Origin: Scenedesmus sp. PABB004
Lineage: Eukaryota
Reading direction: 5' to 3'
DNA length: 64,000 bases
Assembly: GCA_014905635.1 (NCBI GenBank)
Contig: JABVCE010000010.1
Coordinates: 124,001 to 188,000 of the forward strand
The notes under the pieces were generated by a model that was not told the DNA's origin, made no database searches, and saw nothing but the letters and a program-made list of their open reading frames with translations. Shown piece by piece: positions 1-12,749 of this stretch (positions within the stretch are counted from its first letter, which is position 1; each line of letters begins with the position of its first letter). The position numbers were made by a program, and so were the translations under genes.

Positions 1-2476
1 CAGCTGCCCCTCGCCGCACACCTCGCGCAGGCAGCGCAGCACGACCACCCTGGCGGCAGCGCGGCGCGCGGCGCAGTGAGCGGGGCGGCGTGCACGGCGT
101 GGGCTAGACGGACGCAGCCCGCGCCCCTGCGCGCCCGCGCGCGCGCACTTGTAGCTGTACGCGTTGACCGCGAGGCTGCCGGCCGGGCCAGCGCCGCCGC
201 CGGCGGGTCCGGGCCCCGCGCCGCCGCCCGCGCCGGGCGGCTCCAAGGGCTTGAGCATTATCATCGGGAAGAACACGCCCACCTCGGCCTTGAGCACGGA
301 CCTGAAGCGCTGCAGCAGGGACAGGAAGATGCTCGCCGAGAGCTGCAGCGCGGCGGGGATGCTGCTCGCGCTGTTCTTCAGCAGGCTCAGGCACAGGTAC
401 TGCCGGATCGCGCCCGCAAAGCGCTCGCTGCCGCGGAACGTCGGCCCGCTGTTCTCCAGCACGACCTTGAGCAGCTCCAGCGCGAGCAGCTGCGCGCACC
501 GGCGGACGCGGCGGCGGCAGCAGTGGCAGAGGCGAGGCGGCGGGGTGGGCGCGGCGGCGGCGGCCGCGGCCGGGGGCGCCCCAGGCGCGCGTAGCGGCGC
601 CGGGAGGCCGCGCGCGCACCTTGCCGCGCACGGCGGTCGGGTCGGCGACCGTGGCGGTGTCGCTCGTGCGTATGCTGAGCTTGCAGAGCGCGCGAAAGAC
701 AAGGAACGCGTCCTTCACCAGCAGCGCCCGCAGCGCCTCGCCCGGCGGCAAAGCCGGCGCCGCCGGCCCAGCGCCCGCCGCGCCGGCGGGGCCCGCGGCC
801 GCGGCGGGCTGCGGCGCCGCGGCCGCCGCGGGCGGCGTCGCGTCGCCGGCGCTGCCGCTGTCCGCGCCGGCGAGGTGGAAGGTCTCCCGGTCGTCGCCCT
901 CCTCGTCCTCCTCCTCGTCCTCCGACGCGCCGCGGGCGCCGCCGCGCCCGGCTGACGCGGCCGCCGCGGCGGCCGCCGAGTGCGCTGCCGCCGCCGCGGC
1001 CGCGGCCGCGGCGTCCGCGGCGTCCATGCTCGCGCGCGGCGCGAGAACCGCGTCCGCCACGCTCTGCTTGAGCGCCTCCGCGCTCTCGCCCGGCGCGGCG
1101 CCGCCGTAGCCCGCCGCGGCGACGACGTTGTTGAGAAACCCCTGCACCGCCGCCGCGACGCTGCTCGCCTCGGGCGCGGCCTTCGCGCTCGGCCCCCCGC
1201 CCAGCAGGTCGGCGACGATGATCGGCCGCACCTGCGCGCACGCAGCACGCAGCACGCGGGCGGGCGCGCGGCGCGGCGGGCTCGTTGCTCGGCGGCGCGC
1301 GGGCGCAGGCAGCGCCGCCGCGCGGCCCGGGCGCGCGGGTGCAACACCGCCGCAGGCACAGCGCGGGCCGCTGGCACGTCGGCGCCGAGTCCTCCGCCGC
1401 ACCGCGACGCCGAGCCGGCCGGCCTCCATGCGCTGGAAGACGACGTTGAGCATCTGCGTGAGCGCGGCCTTGGCGGTGGTCTGGTTGACCTCGCTGCGCG
1501 ACATGAGGTGGATGTTGTACGCCGTGCGCACGCCCAGCAGCAGCGCCTGGCCGTGCAGGCTGAACGTGCCGCTCGTCGCCGCGGTGAGCAGGCCGCGCAG
1601 GACGAGCACCTCCACGCCCTCGTCGGGGATCTCGTCGCAGCGGCACACGAGCGACACCGCGAGGCCCTGCGGGCTGCCGCCCGCGGCGCCGCCGCCGCCC
1701 AGCGCGCCGGCGCCGCCCTCCTCGCCCCGCTCCGGCTGCAGGTGGTGCGCCGCGCCCTGCAGGTACCTGCGCGGCGCGGGGGCGCGCGGCGCTCGGGCAC
1801 GCGCGAGGCACGGCGCGGCGCGGCGCGGCGGCCGCCCCACGCGGCCGCGCCGGGTGCGCCACACTGCCGGGGCCTCGGGCGGGCCCACCTGAAGGCGATG
1901 AGCTTGTGGATGAGGTCCAGCGCCACCTCCACGATCGCCGCGCGCCGCGTGTCCACCGCCGCCGCGAGCACCTGTGCCGCGGGCGCCGCGCGTGAGCTGG
2001 GAGCGCAGCCGTCGCTGGCACTCTGCGGGCGCTGCCGCCGGCGCTGCCGCCTCGGCAGGCAGCCGGCGCGCGTCCCCCGCACGCCCCCGCCGCGGTCCGC
2101 ACCTGCAGGACCGCCATCGCCGCGGCGTCGCTGATGGCGCTGTCGGTGCGCTGCACGAGGTCGGCCGGCGGCGCGGGCGGCAGCGCGACCGCCGCCGCCA
2201 GCCGCGCTGCGTCGGCGTCGCGCTTGGCCTGTTCGGCCGCTGCCACCGCCGCGCCGTCGTCGGCCGCTGCCGCTGGCGTCTCGGCCGCGGCGTCGCCGCC
2301 GGCGTCGGGCTCCGCCGCAGCGCCGTCGCCGCCGGCGGGCGGCGCGCCGTCGCTCTCCTGCGCTGTCGCTGCCGCATCGGCGCCCTCGCCGCCGCCCTCG
2401 CCAGCGTCTGCTGCCGTGGGCGTGGCGGGCGTGTCCGCCGCCGCAGCTGGCTCCGCAGCCGGCGCCGCCGCCTGCT

Positions 2477-2534
<58 letters not shown>

Positions 2535-2894
2535 TGCTGCCGCGACCGCAGCCGCCTCTGCCGCCGCCCGCAGCTCCGCCGCGCGCGCCGCGTAGCTGGG
2601 CGACAGCACCTACGACGCCCCGCCGCGCGCGGCGGTCGGCGGCACTGGGCTGGGCGCGCTGGGGGCCAGCCGCACGCGCGCCGCGCGCCGCACCTCCTGC
2701 ACGCTGTCAATCAGCTCCTGGCACTGCGCCCCCAGCTCCGCGTGCTTCTTGCCAGCGAGCTTCTTGATCTTGGACAGCGCATTGGCGATGAGCTCGCCCG
2801 CGGGCTGGTGCGCGTGCGCGGGCGGCGCACCCGCGGGCGGCGCGCTCGCGACCGCGCTCGCCGCCGCCGCCTGCGGCGTCGCCGGCGCCGACAT
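1..2894 (-). CDS. BIG/Sec7-family ARF guanine nucleotide exchange factor, N-terminal part (DCB/HUS region); runs off the left window edge
   Basis: Spliced translation from ATG 2894 gives ALDLIHKLIAF, VLRGLLTAATS..LHGQALLLGVRTAYNIHLMSRSEVNQTTAKAALTQMLNVVFQRME, KDAFLVFRALCKLS, LLALELLKVVLEN and LKAEVGVFFPMIMLKPLE, typical of the BIG1/2 N-terminus. About 6 GT-AG introns. Confidence 0.92.
2477..2537. repeat. (GCC)n trinucleotide tract encoding poly-Ala in the ARF-GEF
   Basis: About 20 tandem GCC units, read directly. Confidence 0.95.
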
Positions 2895-3513
2895 GCCGCG
2901 CCGCCTGTGCGTGCGCCGGGGCGCCGGCAGGCGGGGCGCTCAGCGGGGAGGGCGCTGGGGCGCTGGCGGCGGGACGGCGCGGCGCGGCGGGGCGCGCCAG
3001 CAGCGGTTGCGGCGCCGCCGGCCCGCGCGCGGCGCGTGTGCGGCGACGCGGGCGCCGGCGGCACGTGCGTAGCCGTGCCAGGACGCTGGCGCACCTGGGC
3101 CCCTCTCTGGCGGCCCGGTGCGCCTCAGCAGCGGCGAGGTTGCATGGCGGGGCGAGCCAGCGCCTGGGCGCGCGTGGGGGCCTGTCTGCTGCTCCGACCG
3201 AGACTCGCGAGAGTCTGCGCGTCGTCGGCAGGCTGCCACGAGCGCTCGGCCTCGCGTGTGACCGCGGGCTCAAGCCTTGGTCGCGACCTTGCACCGCGCG
3301 CAGACCGCCCGGAGCCGCGCCGCCCGCCGCGCTCAGCACATGCGCGATCGCCCTGCAGCGTCGCACGCCGCAGCTGCCGAGAGCCCGCCCGCCTCGGCTG
3401 TCCCGGGCCTCTCCCCGCGCGCGCCGAGCCGCGGCTGCCCCGCAGCGCCGGCATGTGAGCGGCCTGCGCCCCTGCGCGCCTCCTCCGCGCCTGCGCCAAG
3501 CGAGCGCGGCTCC

Positions 3514-3828
3514 ATGGAGGATGCGGCCATGCTGCTCGATGCCGGCTTCTCCGCCTGGATAAAGAGCGAGCTGTTCGTCGGCGACGACTCGTGGCCCGAT
3601 GCCGACAAGCTCGTGATGGGGGCGGGACCGCTGGACACGGACGCGCTCGTCGCGGCCGCGGCGGCGCCGCTGCCGCCAGCGCTGCTGCCGCCGGCGGGGC
3701 AGCAGCAGCAGGCGCCCCGCGGAGCCCGCGCCGGCGCCAAGAGCCGCACGTGCGTTGCGGGACTGCGCGCGGGCGGGCGCGCGGGGGAGGGGGGGACACA
3801 GGCGCACGCTGGCGCGCGCTCCCACCCA

Positions 3829-3864
<36 letters not shown>

Positions 3865-5970
3865 GCAGCGCGGCGCGGTCGCCGGAGCCCGCGCCGCGCG
3901 CGCCGGCCGCCCACGCGGGTGCCAAGCCGCGCAACACGCGGCGCTACAAGAGCGAGGCGCAGCGGCTGTCGCACAAGCGCTACCGCGAGCGCAAGAAGGC
4001 CAACGTGCGCAGCCGTGACGCACGCGCGCCCTCGCCGCTGCACGCGCGCGCTCGCCTGTACACACGCGCGCCCGCCTCGCACGCCCACCCGCCGCGGCCG
4101 CGCACCCTCCGCCGGCAGCTCGCGTCAATGGAGCAGGAGGTCGCGGCGAAGCTCGCGCTCGTCGCGGCGCTGGAGGCGGAGAACACCGAGCTCCACAGCC
4201 GCGTGCGCGTGCTCGAGACGAGCGTGAGCTGCTCCACGCGCATCCACGACATCATGACGCAGCTGGAGGCGGGCGTGAACGGGCTCGCGCTCGCGCCGGG
4301 CGCGGCCGACGGCGACACGCCGCGCGGCGGCGGCGCCGCCGCCGCGGCCCCCGCGTCGCAGCGCCTCAGCAGCTGCGACGGCGCGAGCAGCAGCGCCGGC
4401 TGCTTCGGCGCCGCCGCCGGCGCGGAGCTCGCCGACAGCGGCAGCGAGGACCCCGCGGCGGCGCTGCCCGCGGCGCCGTGCAGCTCCGCGACCGCCGGCT
4501 GCGGCGACGCCAGCCCGCACCTGCTGCCGCCGCTGCTGCAGCAGCGCAGCGGCAGCTGCGTGAGCAGCCTGCAGCACAGCGTGTCGGCCGCGTCGGACCT
4601 GGCCGAGTCTGCGAGCATCGCCGCGGCCGCGGTCGCGGCGGCGGGCGGCTACAACCACCCGGGGCGCAGCGGCAGCGCCAGCCTGCTGCTGCGGCCGTCG
4701 TTCGCCATGGGCGGCGCCGGCGCAGGCGGCGGCGGCGGCAGCGGGGACATCGCCGCGATCTTTGCCGAGGCGCAGACCGCGGCGGGCGGCGGCGGCGGCG
4801 CCAGCTCGAGCAGCGCGTGCGGCGCCGCCGGGCGGCTGGCCACGCCGACCAACATCGAGCAGAGCCTCGCGCTGTACAAGGGCTTCCTGCAGCAGGCCTC
4901 GCACCTCATGCTCCACCTCGACGCCCCCGACGAGGGTGCGCGCCGCGCCGAACCGCACCGCACCGCACCGCACCGCACCGCACCGCACCGCACCGCACCG
5001 CACCGCACCGCACCGCACCGCACCGCACCGCGCCGCGCACCGCACTGCACCGCCGCGCGCGCCGGCAGCAGCCCTGCCGCGCTCACCGCTCGCCGCCCGC
5101 CGCACGCCGCCCGCCGCGCGCCGCGCAGGCGCGGCGGCGCGCGCGCGCGACGCGCTCGAGCGCCTGACGCGCGAGACGATGGCGGCGATGCAGCCGTTCC
5201 TGGTCGCGCAGGGGCAGGGCCTGGTGTACGACTGGAACCGGCGCAACCTGGACAGCCTCGCGCGCCAGGACGCGCCCGAGGACCTCTGGCCGCGCGTGCT
5301 GAGCGCGATGCGGCTCGACGCGCGGCAGCGCCAGGACGCGCTTGGCTGCTTCCGCATGTTTGGCGCCTGCCTCTCTGCGCTCGTGGACAAGCGGCTCGCG
5401 CTCACCGCGCAGTACCAGGCCCTGCAGGCGCAGGCCGAGTCGCTGCGCGCGGCCGCGGCGGCGGCCGGCGCGCCCGCGGCGGCCGGCGCCGCCGAGGCCG
5501 CCGCGGCGCGGCTCGACGGCGAGAGCATGGAGCTGCTCGCCGCCATCGCGCGCAGCCTGGCGGCGTACCAGTCGCTGGACGGCGTGTTTGCGCACAGCGT
5601 GACGAGCATCATCACCGGCGCGCAGATGGCCGTCGCGTGCGTGAGCAGCTACCCCTTCCTGCCCAGGCGCGGCGGACTCGCGGCGGCGCTGCGCGGCGCG
5701 GCGGCGCGGACCGGCGGCGGCGCAGCGCGGACCAGCGGCGCGCGGCGAGCGGCACCCCCCCGTCCCCCTCTGACCGACTCGCGCGCGCTGCCGGTCCCCC
5801 GCGCGCAGCTGGCACCGCCTCATGCAGGTCGCGCAGGCGCAGGCGGACGCCGAGGCCGCGGCCGCCGACGGCGCCGCGGGCGGGGCGCGCCGGGCGCGCG
5901 GCGCAGCGCGCGCCAGGTGCGCGGCACGCAGCGCCCCGCGCTCGGCGTGCAGCACGTCGTGCGCGCGTGA
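3514..5970 (+). CDS. bZIP transcription factor (algal type)
   Basis: ATG 3514. Basic region RYKSEAQRLSHKRYRERKKAN splices to the zipper LASMEQEVAAKLALVAALEAENTELHSRVRVLE. Helical C-terminal domain ends ..SSYPFLPSWHRLMQ. Four introns, the last GC-AG at 5667. Confidence 0.82.
4952..5030. repeat. (ACCGC)n pentanucleotide microsatellite in bZIP intron 3
   Basis: About 16 perfect units followed by degenerate copies. Confidence 0.95.
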
Positions 5971-6595
5971 GAGCGCACGCCCGTGAGCGCCCCGCGCGCT
6001 CCGCGCGGGGCGCCGAGGGCGGCGGCCGATCTGCTAGGTCCGGCACTGCAACGCACGACAACGTCACCACACCGCGCCGCCTCGCGCGCCTCACACTCGG
6101 CTTCGCTTTGGCAGCTTGTCGTCGGAACGTGCGCGGGCGGCCAGCTCGCGCGCAGCGGGGGCCTTTTTTGCTATTTGCGGCCTCGCGCGCCGCCTGGGGA
6201 GGGGGCAGGTGTGGGGGCTCATTGGCGTCACCGGCGATTCGCGCGGACGGCCCGCCCGGACGGCTGGCCGTCGCCGCGCGCGCCGCGGCTGCGTACGTTT
6301 AGCAGCGGCGGCGGCTCCTGCACAATGCACAGTGCTTCGGTTCGCTTGGCTGGACAGGGCGGGCCGCGCGACTTTGGCGGCGCGTGGCCGCGCGGCGGTG
6401 GACTGCTCCAGGACTGGCGGCGCGCGGCGCGGCTGCGGCGCGTGATGCTGGGTGGGCGCGCCGGCGGGAGTACGGGCAAGGAAGAGCTTGGGGCTGCAAC
6501 GAGCTGGTGTGTGTGTGTGTGTTTGGTCGGGGGTGGGGCACTGGCACTGACTGACACCGCATCCCACGCGTCGGCGGCCTCAGCGGCTCTGAACA

Positions 6596-6600
6596 TGTAA
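6596..6600 (+). promoter_or_regulatory. Candidate TGTAA polyadenylation signal for the bZIP gene
   Basis: Chlorophyte near-upstream element, about 630 nt after the stop at 5970. Confidence 0.45.
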
Positions 6601-6645
6601 ACGCTTGCCGTCGTCGTCCACCCCGCCACCATTGACCACCATTGA

Positions 6646-7315
6646 TCACGGCAGCATGGCGCCGCCGCCCAGACCCAGCCCGCCGCCCCGCTTGTCGCCG
6701 CCGCCGCTCAGCGCCTCCAGCCCGAGGCCCTGCACCAGCTGCTGCGCGCGCGCCAGGCGCTCGCTCGCCGCGAGCGTCGCTTCCGACTCCCCGGTCGCCT
6801 CGTCCTCGGCGCTGCCGCAAAACTCGTCGACCTGCCGCCGGTACCTGCGCGGCGCGGCGCGCGCGCGTTGGCCCCGGCGCGCGCGCCCGCCCGCGGCCGC
6901 AGCTCACAGCCGCGGCGCGGCGCCGCGCGGGGGCGCGCGCGGCCGCTCACTCCTCCAGGAGCGCGAGGAAGGACGCGCGCGCGTGGTCGAGGTACTGCAG
7001 GCCCGCCTGGCTCAGCGTGTCAATCTGCGGCGCACGGCGTGCGCCGCGCCGCGGCGCGTCGGCGTGCCGGTGGTGGGTGGGCGGGCCGCGCCGGCCGCGC
7101 CGCGGCACGGCACGGCTGCCCAGCGGCCGGCCTGCGGCCGCGCGCGCCTTTGCGTGGATGTCCTGCCGCCGGCTGGAGAGCACCGCGAGGCCCTGCTCCA
7201 CCAGCGGCGTGAGCTCGCGCGCCTGCGCGCCGGCGCCGTCGTCGCTGCCCAGCTGGTCGTCGTCCTGCGCGCCGTCGCCGTCCAGGGCGCCGCCCATCGC
7301 GTGGTCGGCGGCCAT
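6646..7315 (-). CDS. Small hypothetical helical/coiled-coil protein (3 exons)
   Basis: MAADHAMGG..RQDIHAK|IDTLSQAGLQYLDHARASFLALLE|EYRRQVDEF..AMLP*. Frame is restored by a GC-AG intron (donor 7147) and a GT-AG intron. Confidence 0.7.
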
Positions 7316-7995
7316 CCCGCCCGCTGGCCGGCCGCCTGGCTGCCGCTGCGCGGCGCAAGTATACCGCGCAGCGCCGCCGCGACGGCCGCTGCGGCGCGGC
7401 GGCAGCGGCGGCGGGCGGAGGCGGGGCGTGGGGCAGCGGGCGGCGGCGGCGGCCGCCGTGGCGGCGCGGGCCAGGCCGGCGGGCGCCCCCGGCGCCGCTC
7501 GCAGCTGCGCCCGCGGCGCGCTCCGCGCCAAGCCCTGCGCGCCCGGCTGGCACCTGCCGCGACCGCTCCCCGCTGTGAGCGCCTGGCGCGCGAGCGGCGA
7601 GCGCTGCTGCGCGGGCGCGGCGCGGCGGCGTTCGAAGCGCGCGAGCTCGCGTGGCGGCGCCGGCGGGCGTGGCCTGGCCCAGGCGGCGCGTGCGGATACG
7701 TGAGGGAGCTGTTCTGGTCCGGAGCGCGCCCGGGGAGGCGCTCAGGGCGCGCTCGGCGGCGGGGTTTGGTAAAGCGCCGGCGCGCGCAAACGCGGCCGCG
7801 CGCCGCTGCTACAAGAGCGCCCCCCGCGCAACGCCCACCGCAAGCACGACCTGGTTTGTCGCGCAGCCATCTCCAGCCCCGCCGCCCGCCCGCGCAGCGG
7901 TCTTCGCCGCCGCCGAGCCCCCCGAGCCGCCCCCGAGCCTCCCCCGCGCCCCGTCGTCCTCCTCCGAGCCGCCCACCTCCGCCCCGTCCGCCCTC

Positions 7996-10900
7996 ATGGC
8001 GCCGCCGCCGCCGCGCGGGCGGCGACTGGCCGCGGCGCTGCTGGCCGCCTCCGCGCTCGCCGCCGCCGCCGCGCCCGCCGAGGCGGGGGACAAGCAGGCC
8101 GCGACGCCGGTTCGCGCGCGTCCGCCAACCGCGGAATCCCTCAACCGCCAACCGCCCCAACCACCCAACCGCCGCTGTCCGCCGTTGACTGTTGACCGCC
8201 GCTGCTGTCACGCGCGCGCGCGCGCAGACCGAGCTCGCCGTCTACGCCAACGGCACCCTGCTCAACCGCTGGCACGACGGCTCCAAGGGCTGCATGCGCT
8301 GCGCCTGGGCGGACACCAAGGAGGTGCGCGCGCCGCCGCCGGGCCGCACGCGCGCGCGCGCTGGCTTGCGCCCGCCCGGCCCACGCGCCCGCGCGCCTGC
8401 GCGGCGGCACCGCGCGCAGAACCGCAACGGCTCGACCGCCAGCCTGAGCGCGTCCGTCGCGCCGTGGGGCTCCCTGGTGTTTGCGTCCGACGCGGCGTCG
8501 TACTCGGGCGCCGCGCTGCTCGACTTCTGGGCCCGCGGCAGCGGCATCACCGCCATCTCCCTCTCCTTCAAGGACTCGCGCTCCAACACGCTCACCAGGC
8601 GCGCGCGCGCGCTGCGCCCACGCCGCCGCGCCGCGCGCCCACGCCGCCCCGCCCGCGCGCCGCCGCGCAGCGACGTGCGGCTCACGCGCGCCGACCAGAT
8701 CGACGACCAGACCGTGACCGTGCTCGGCGGCGACGACGACGACTGGCTGCACATCTCGGTCAACCTCGACCGCCTGCGCCCGAGCGCGGCCGCCTGCGGC
8801 GGCGCTGCCTTCAAGTTTGACCGCATCCTGCTGACAGACGTGTCGGGCATGGGGTTCAACCTCCAGCTCGACGCCCTGCGCCTGCTCTTCGCGCCCGACC
8901 TGCGCGCCGCGTTTGCCGCGTCGTCGGCGCCGACCTTCCCGTCGCCGCCCACCGCCAAGCCGCCCGTGTTTGGCGAGGACCTCGCCGCGGTGCGCGCGCG
9001 GGGCGCACAAGGGGGGGGGCTTGCAGGAGGGGGGAGCTGGCGCTGGGGTGCGGCCAGGGCGCGCGCCGCTCGGTCCTGCGAGCGCGCGACGCTCGGTCCT
9101 GCGAGCGTCCTGCAAGCCCCCACCCACACCCACCTGTCACCCCCTGCCGCCCCGCCGCGCAGCTGGCGTCGGGCGTCAACCGCTACGTCGTCAAGCTCGC
9201 TGCCAACGCCACGCTCACCACCGCGGCCTCCATCTGCGCCGAGCTCGCCGGCCGGCCCGCCGACAACGCGGCGCGCCGCTTCTCCGGCGAGTGCCACACG
9301 CCGCTGAGCACGGTGCGCGGCGCCGGCCGCACGGCGCGGGGCGCGGCGCGGGGCGCGCGTCACCGCTGCCGGGCGCGCCGCACGATCCCCCGATGCGCCG
9401 CCGCCGCAGCTGGGCAACGCGTCCGCCGGCGGCGTGCTGCGCTGGGACCTGCTGACGCTGAGTGTCGACGGCGCAGCCGACCTCGCGGCCATGCGCAGCA
9501 GCCTGCGCGGCGCGGTGGAGTACTTTGAGGCCGACGTGCGCGCGCTGGGGGGGGGGGGGGGGGCTGCTGCGCGCCCACGCGGCGGCGCAGCGCTGAGCCG
9601 CCGGGCTAGCCCGGCCGCGACGGGCCCGCCCTCGCTGCGCCGCCGCCGCCCGTGCCTGACGCTGCCGCCGCCGCCCCGCCGCCCTGACCCGCCCTCGTCG
9701 TCCCTCGTCCCTCGCCCACCGGGCAGCTGACCGCCTACAGCACCATCCGCGACCTGCGCGTGGTGCGGCAGGAGTCCGGGGCGCGCCCGGCGTGGGCGGC
9801 GAGCCCCGACGACGCCCCGGCGGAGGCGGCCTCCTGGACCGCGGCCGCGAGCGCCGCGTCGGACGCGCCCGGCATCCCCGTGGGGACGGTCGTCACCGTG
9901 CCCGCGCCCACGGCCGCGGGCCAGCCCAGCAACGCCGCGACCGTGCAGGGTGCGCGCGGGTGGGGCGGGCGCGCCGCGCCGCGCCGCGCTGCTCGGCCGC
10001 CGAGCCTGCGCCGCGCGCAGGCGCGGTGGACGCGCCGCCCGCGCCCGCCCCTGCGCCCGCGACGCCTGCGGTCTCGGGCGCGAGCCTGGACGACACGCGG
10101 GCCTGGATCCAGCCGGTCGTGGACGAGAGCGAGGCCGACCGCGCGCGCGGCGGCGTGGACGCGGTGGAGGACGACGGCGTCGGCCGCGCGGCGTCGGTCA
10201 GCAGCTGGGTGCGGCGCGCCGCGCCGCTCGCGCCGCCGGCTCGGACCGCCGGCTCGCGCCGCCAGCTCGCGCCGCCGCCGCCCGGCTCGCCCCTCGCCGC
10301 CCTGACCGTCCGCGCCTGCCTGCCCCGCAGGGCCTGGACCGCATCGACCAGTACTACCTGCCCCTGGACGGCTCGTACTCCTCGGACTTTGACGGCCGCG
10401 GCGTGCACGGTGCGCCGGTCTCCGCCGCGGCGCGCGCCCTGCTGCACTGCCCCCTGCCGCTCACGCCGCCGCCGCCGCGTGCCGCCCGCAGTCTACGTGC
10501 TGGACACGGTGAGCGCTGGCCGCCCAGCGGGCCGCCAGCTCCCGGCGCGCGCCGCGCGGCCGACCCGGGGCGGCTGCGCGCGCCCGCCGCCGCGGCGCGC
10601 CGCAGGGCGCGCGCGTGAGCCACGTCGACTTCCGCGGCCGCGTCGGCGACGGCGCGTCGGCCATGGGCGCGACGGTCGACGACGACAACGGGCACGGCAC
10701 GCACGTCTCCGCGACCGCGGCCGGCGCCGTGCACGGCGTCGCCCGCAGCGCCATCCTGCACCCGGTCAAGGCGCGCGCCCGGCGGTGGCGCCTGCCTCAG
10801 CGGCGCTGCCCCCCCCCCCCCCCCCCCCGCGCTGGCGGCCCACGCCGCCCGGCGCGCGCTGCAGGTGCTGGGCGCCGACGGCTCCGGCTCCTACTCCAAC

Positions 10901-12082
10901 ATCATCGCCGGCCTCAACTGGTGCGACGCCAGCCCCCGCCGCGCGCACGAGGCGCCGCCCGGGCCGGCCGCCGCTGACGCCGCGATCCGGCCCTCGGCCG
11001 CGGCCGCCCTCGGCGCGGCCGGGCGCGCAGGGTGAAGGACCACAAGGCCCGCAACGGCATCCGCTCCGCCATCGTCAGCATGAGCCTCGCGGGGCCGCGC
11101 AGCGCGGCGCTCAACGACGCGGGTGCGCAGCGCCCGCGCGCCGCGCCGGTGCGCTGCGCGCGCGCCTGCGGCCAAAACGCGCGCCGCGCCGCGCCGCGCC
11201 GCAGTTGAGGCCCTGTCGGCCGCCGGCATCACCGTGGTCACCGCGGCCGGCAACAACCGCGGCGCGGGTGCGCTCGCGCGCCGCCGCGGCGCCTGCGCGG
11301 CCGCCGCCGGCCGACCGCCGCCCCTGGGGCTGGCCCCCTCACTGCCCCCCCCCGCCGCCGCCGCCGCGGGTCACAGACGCGTGCACCATGAGCCCCTGCT
11401 CCGCGCCGTCGGCCATCACCGTCGGCGCGTCGACCGACCGCGACGCGCTCGCGAGCTTCTCCAACATCGGGCGCTGCGTCACGCTCTTTGCGCCCGGCGC
11501 GTCCATCACGAGCGCGGCGCGCACCGACGACTACGACGAGCAGACCATGAGCGGCACGAGCATGTGCGCACATGCTCACCGCGCCGCGCCGCGCGCTGTG
11601 CGCTCTGCGCTGGCGGCCGGCTGGCTGGCCGCCCCCCCCCCCCCCCCCCCCCGGCGGGCGTCGCCCGCCTCACGTGCACGCGCGTGTCCGCCCCGCCGCG
11701 CCGCGCCGCAACCAGGGCCGCGCCGCACGTGTCGGGCGTGGCCGCGCTGTACCTGCAGTACCGCCCCGGCGCGCCGCCGGCGGAGGTCAAGGCCGTGCTC
11801 GTGGCCGCGTCGACGGGGGCGTTCTTCGAGTCCTCCAGCCCCCAGGCCCTCCTCAACGCCATGAGCAGCCGCCTGCGCGACGCCGCGCCGCGCCTGCCCG
11901 CGCCGGTGCCGTCGCCGTCGCCGTCGCCGCGCCCCTCGCCGGCGCCCGCCCCGGCGCCCGCCCCGGCGCCCGCGCCGGCGCCCGCGCCGGCGCCGAGCCT
12001 GCCCAGCCCCACCTGGCCCAGCCTGTCGCTCGCCAAGCCGTCCTGGTGCGCGAGCTGCCCCGCCTGCATGTTCTGCACCTGA
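7996..12082 (+). CDS. Secreted subtilisin-like (S8, proteinase K-like) serine protease with N-terminal beta-rich domain, I9-like prodomain, and Pro-rich plus Cys-rich tail
   Basis: Signal peptide. SWGLDRIDQ, then catalytic Asp VYVLDTG, His DDDNGHGTHV, oxyanion VVTAAGN and Ser MSGTSMAAPHVSG assembled across about 15 introns. Confidence 0.92.
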
Positions 12083-12749
12083 GGTCCGCGCGGCGCCCGC
12101 ACGAACGGCGGCCCCCGCAGCGGCTTTTGTTTGACGATTTCGTTCAAACGTGATCTGTGCTGCACTATGAGATGATGTTCTGCTGCTGCGGCGATCTGTC
12201 CAACGCGCGCGCCCCGCGTCGCACACATTCTGACCTTTAGTCCGCCCCGCCGCACTCGGCGCGCGCCCCGTCACGCACTGCTGCTTACCAGCTTGCACTT
12301 CATCTGCTTGCATGCCTTGACACACCCTCTCTTGTAGACAGGCCCCCCGTGCATGCCTCGTGCGCGGCGCGGCAACGTCACGCGTGACGGCGTACGCCTG
12401 GTCGCCGTCCGAGCGCTGCGCTGCCGCCGCCAGCGCCGCCGCGCCGGCTGCGCCGCCCACAGCTCCCCGGGTGCATGCGGAGACCGATCACGCAGCAGCG
12501 ACCGACCCCCGGCACGCGCCTGTGGCCCGAGCAGCAAGCCGCGGGGGCCAACCACCGGCCGAGCAACCGCGGGCCGCGGCAGCCCTTCAACGTGACTCTA
12601 CAGCTGCGTGTGAGCTCGGGGCGGCGCGCGGGGCCCAGGCGGGCAGCGAGCAGGGAGCCCGCCAGCAGCAGCCCGCGAAGCCTCGCAGGGCCGCGCCCGG
12701 CTGCTCATCCTGCACCAGGAGGCTGTTCTGAGCTAGTTCTTGAGACGTG

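Noticed and set aside
4952..5030. (ACCGC)n array as CRISPR or telomere-like repeat
   Set aside because: No spacers and no cas genes; the unit is unlike algal TTTAGGG/TTTTAGGG telomeres. It is a simple microsatellite.
8110..11716. Dense similar-looking introns as introner elements
   Set aside because: Similarity is limited to GC-rich low complexity and splice/branch motifs; I saw no extended identity between introns.
12080..12235. TGA after Cys-Thr in the subtilase as selenocysteine with a SECIS, or a C/D snoRNA (ATGATG..CTGA) in the 3' UTR
   Set aside because: I could not build a proper SECIS quartet and helix II; box C is imperfect and there is no terminal stem. SECISearch or snoscan would settle it.
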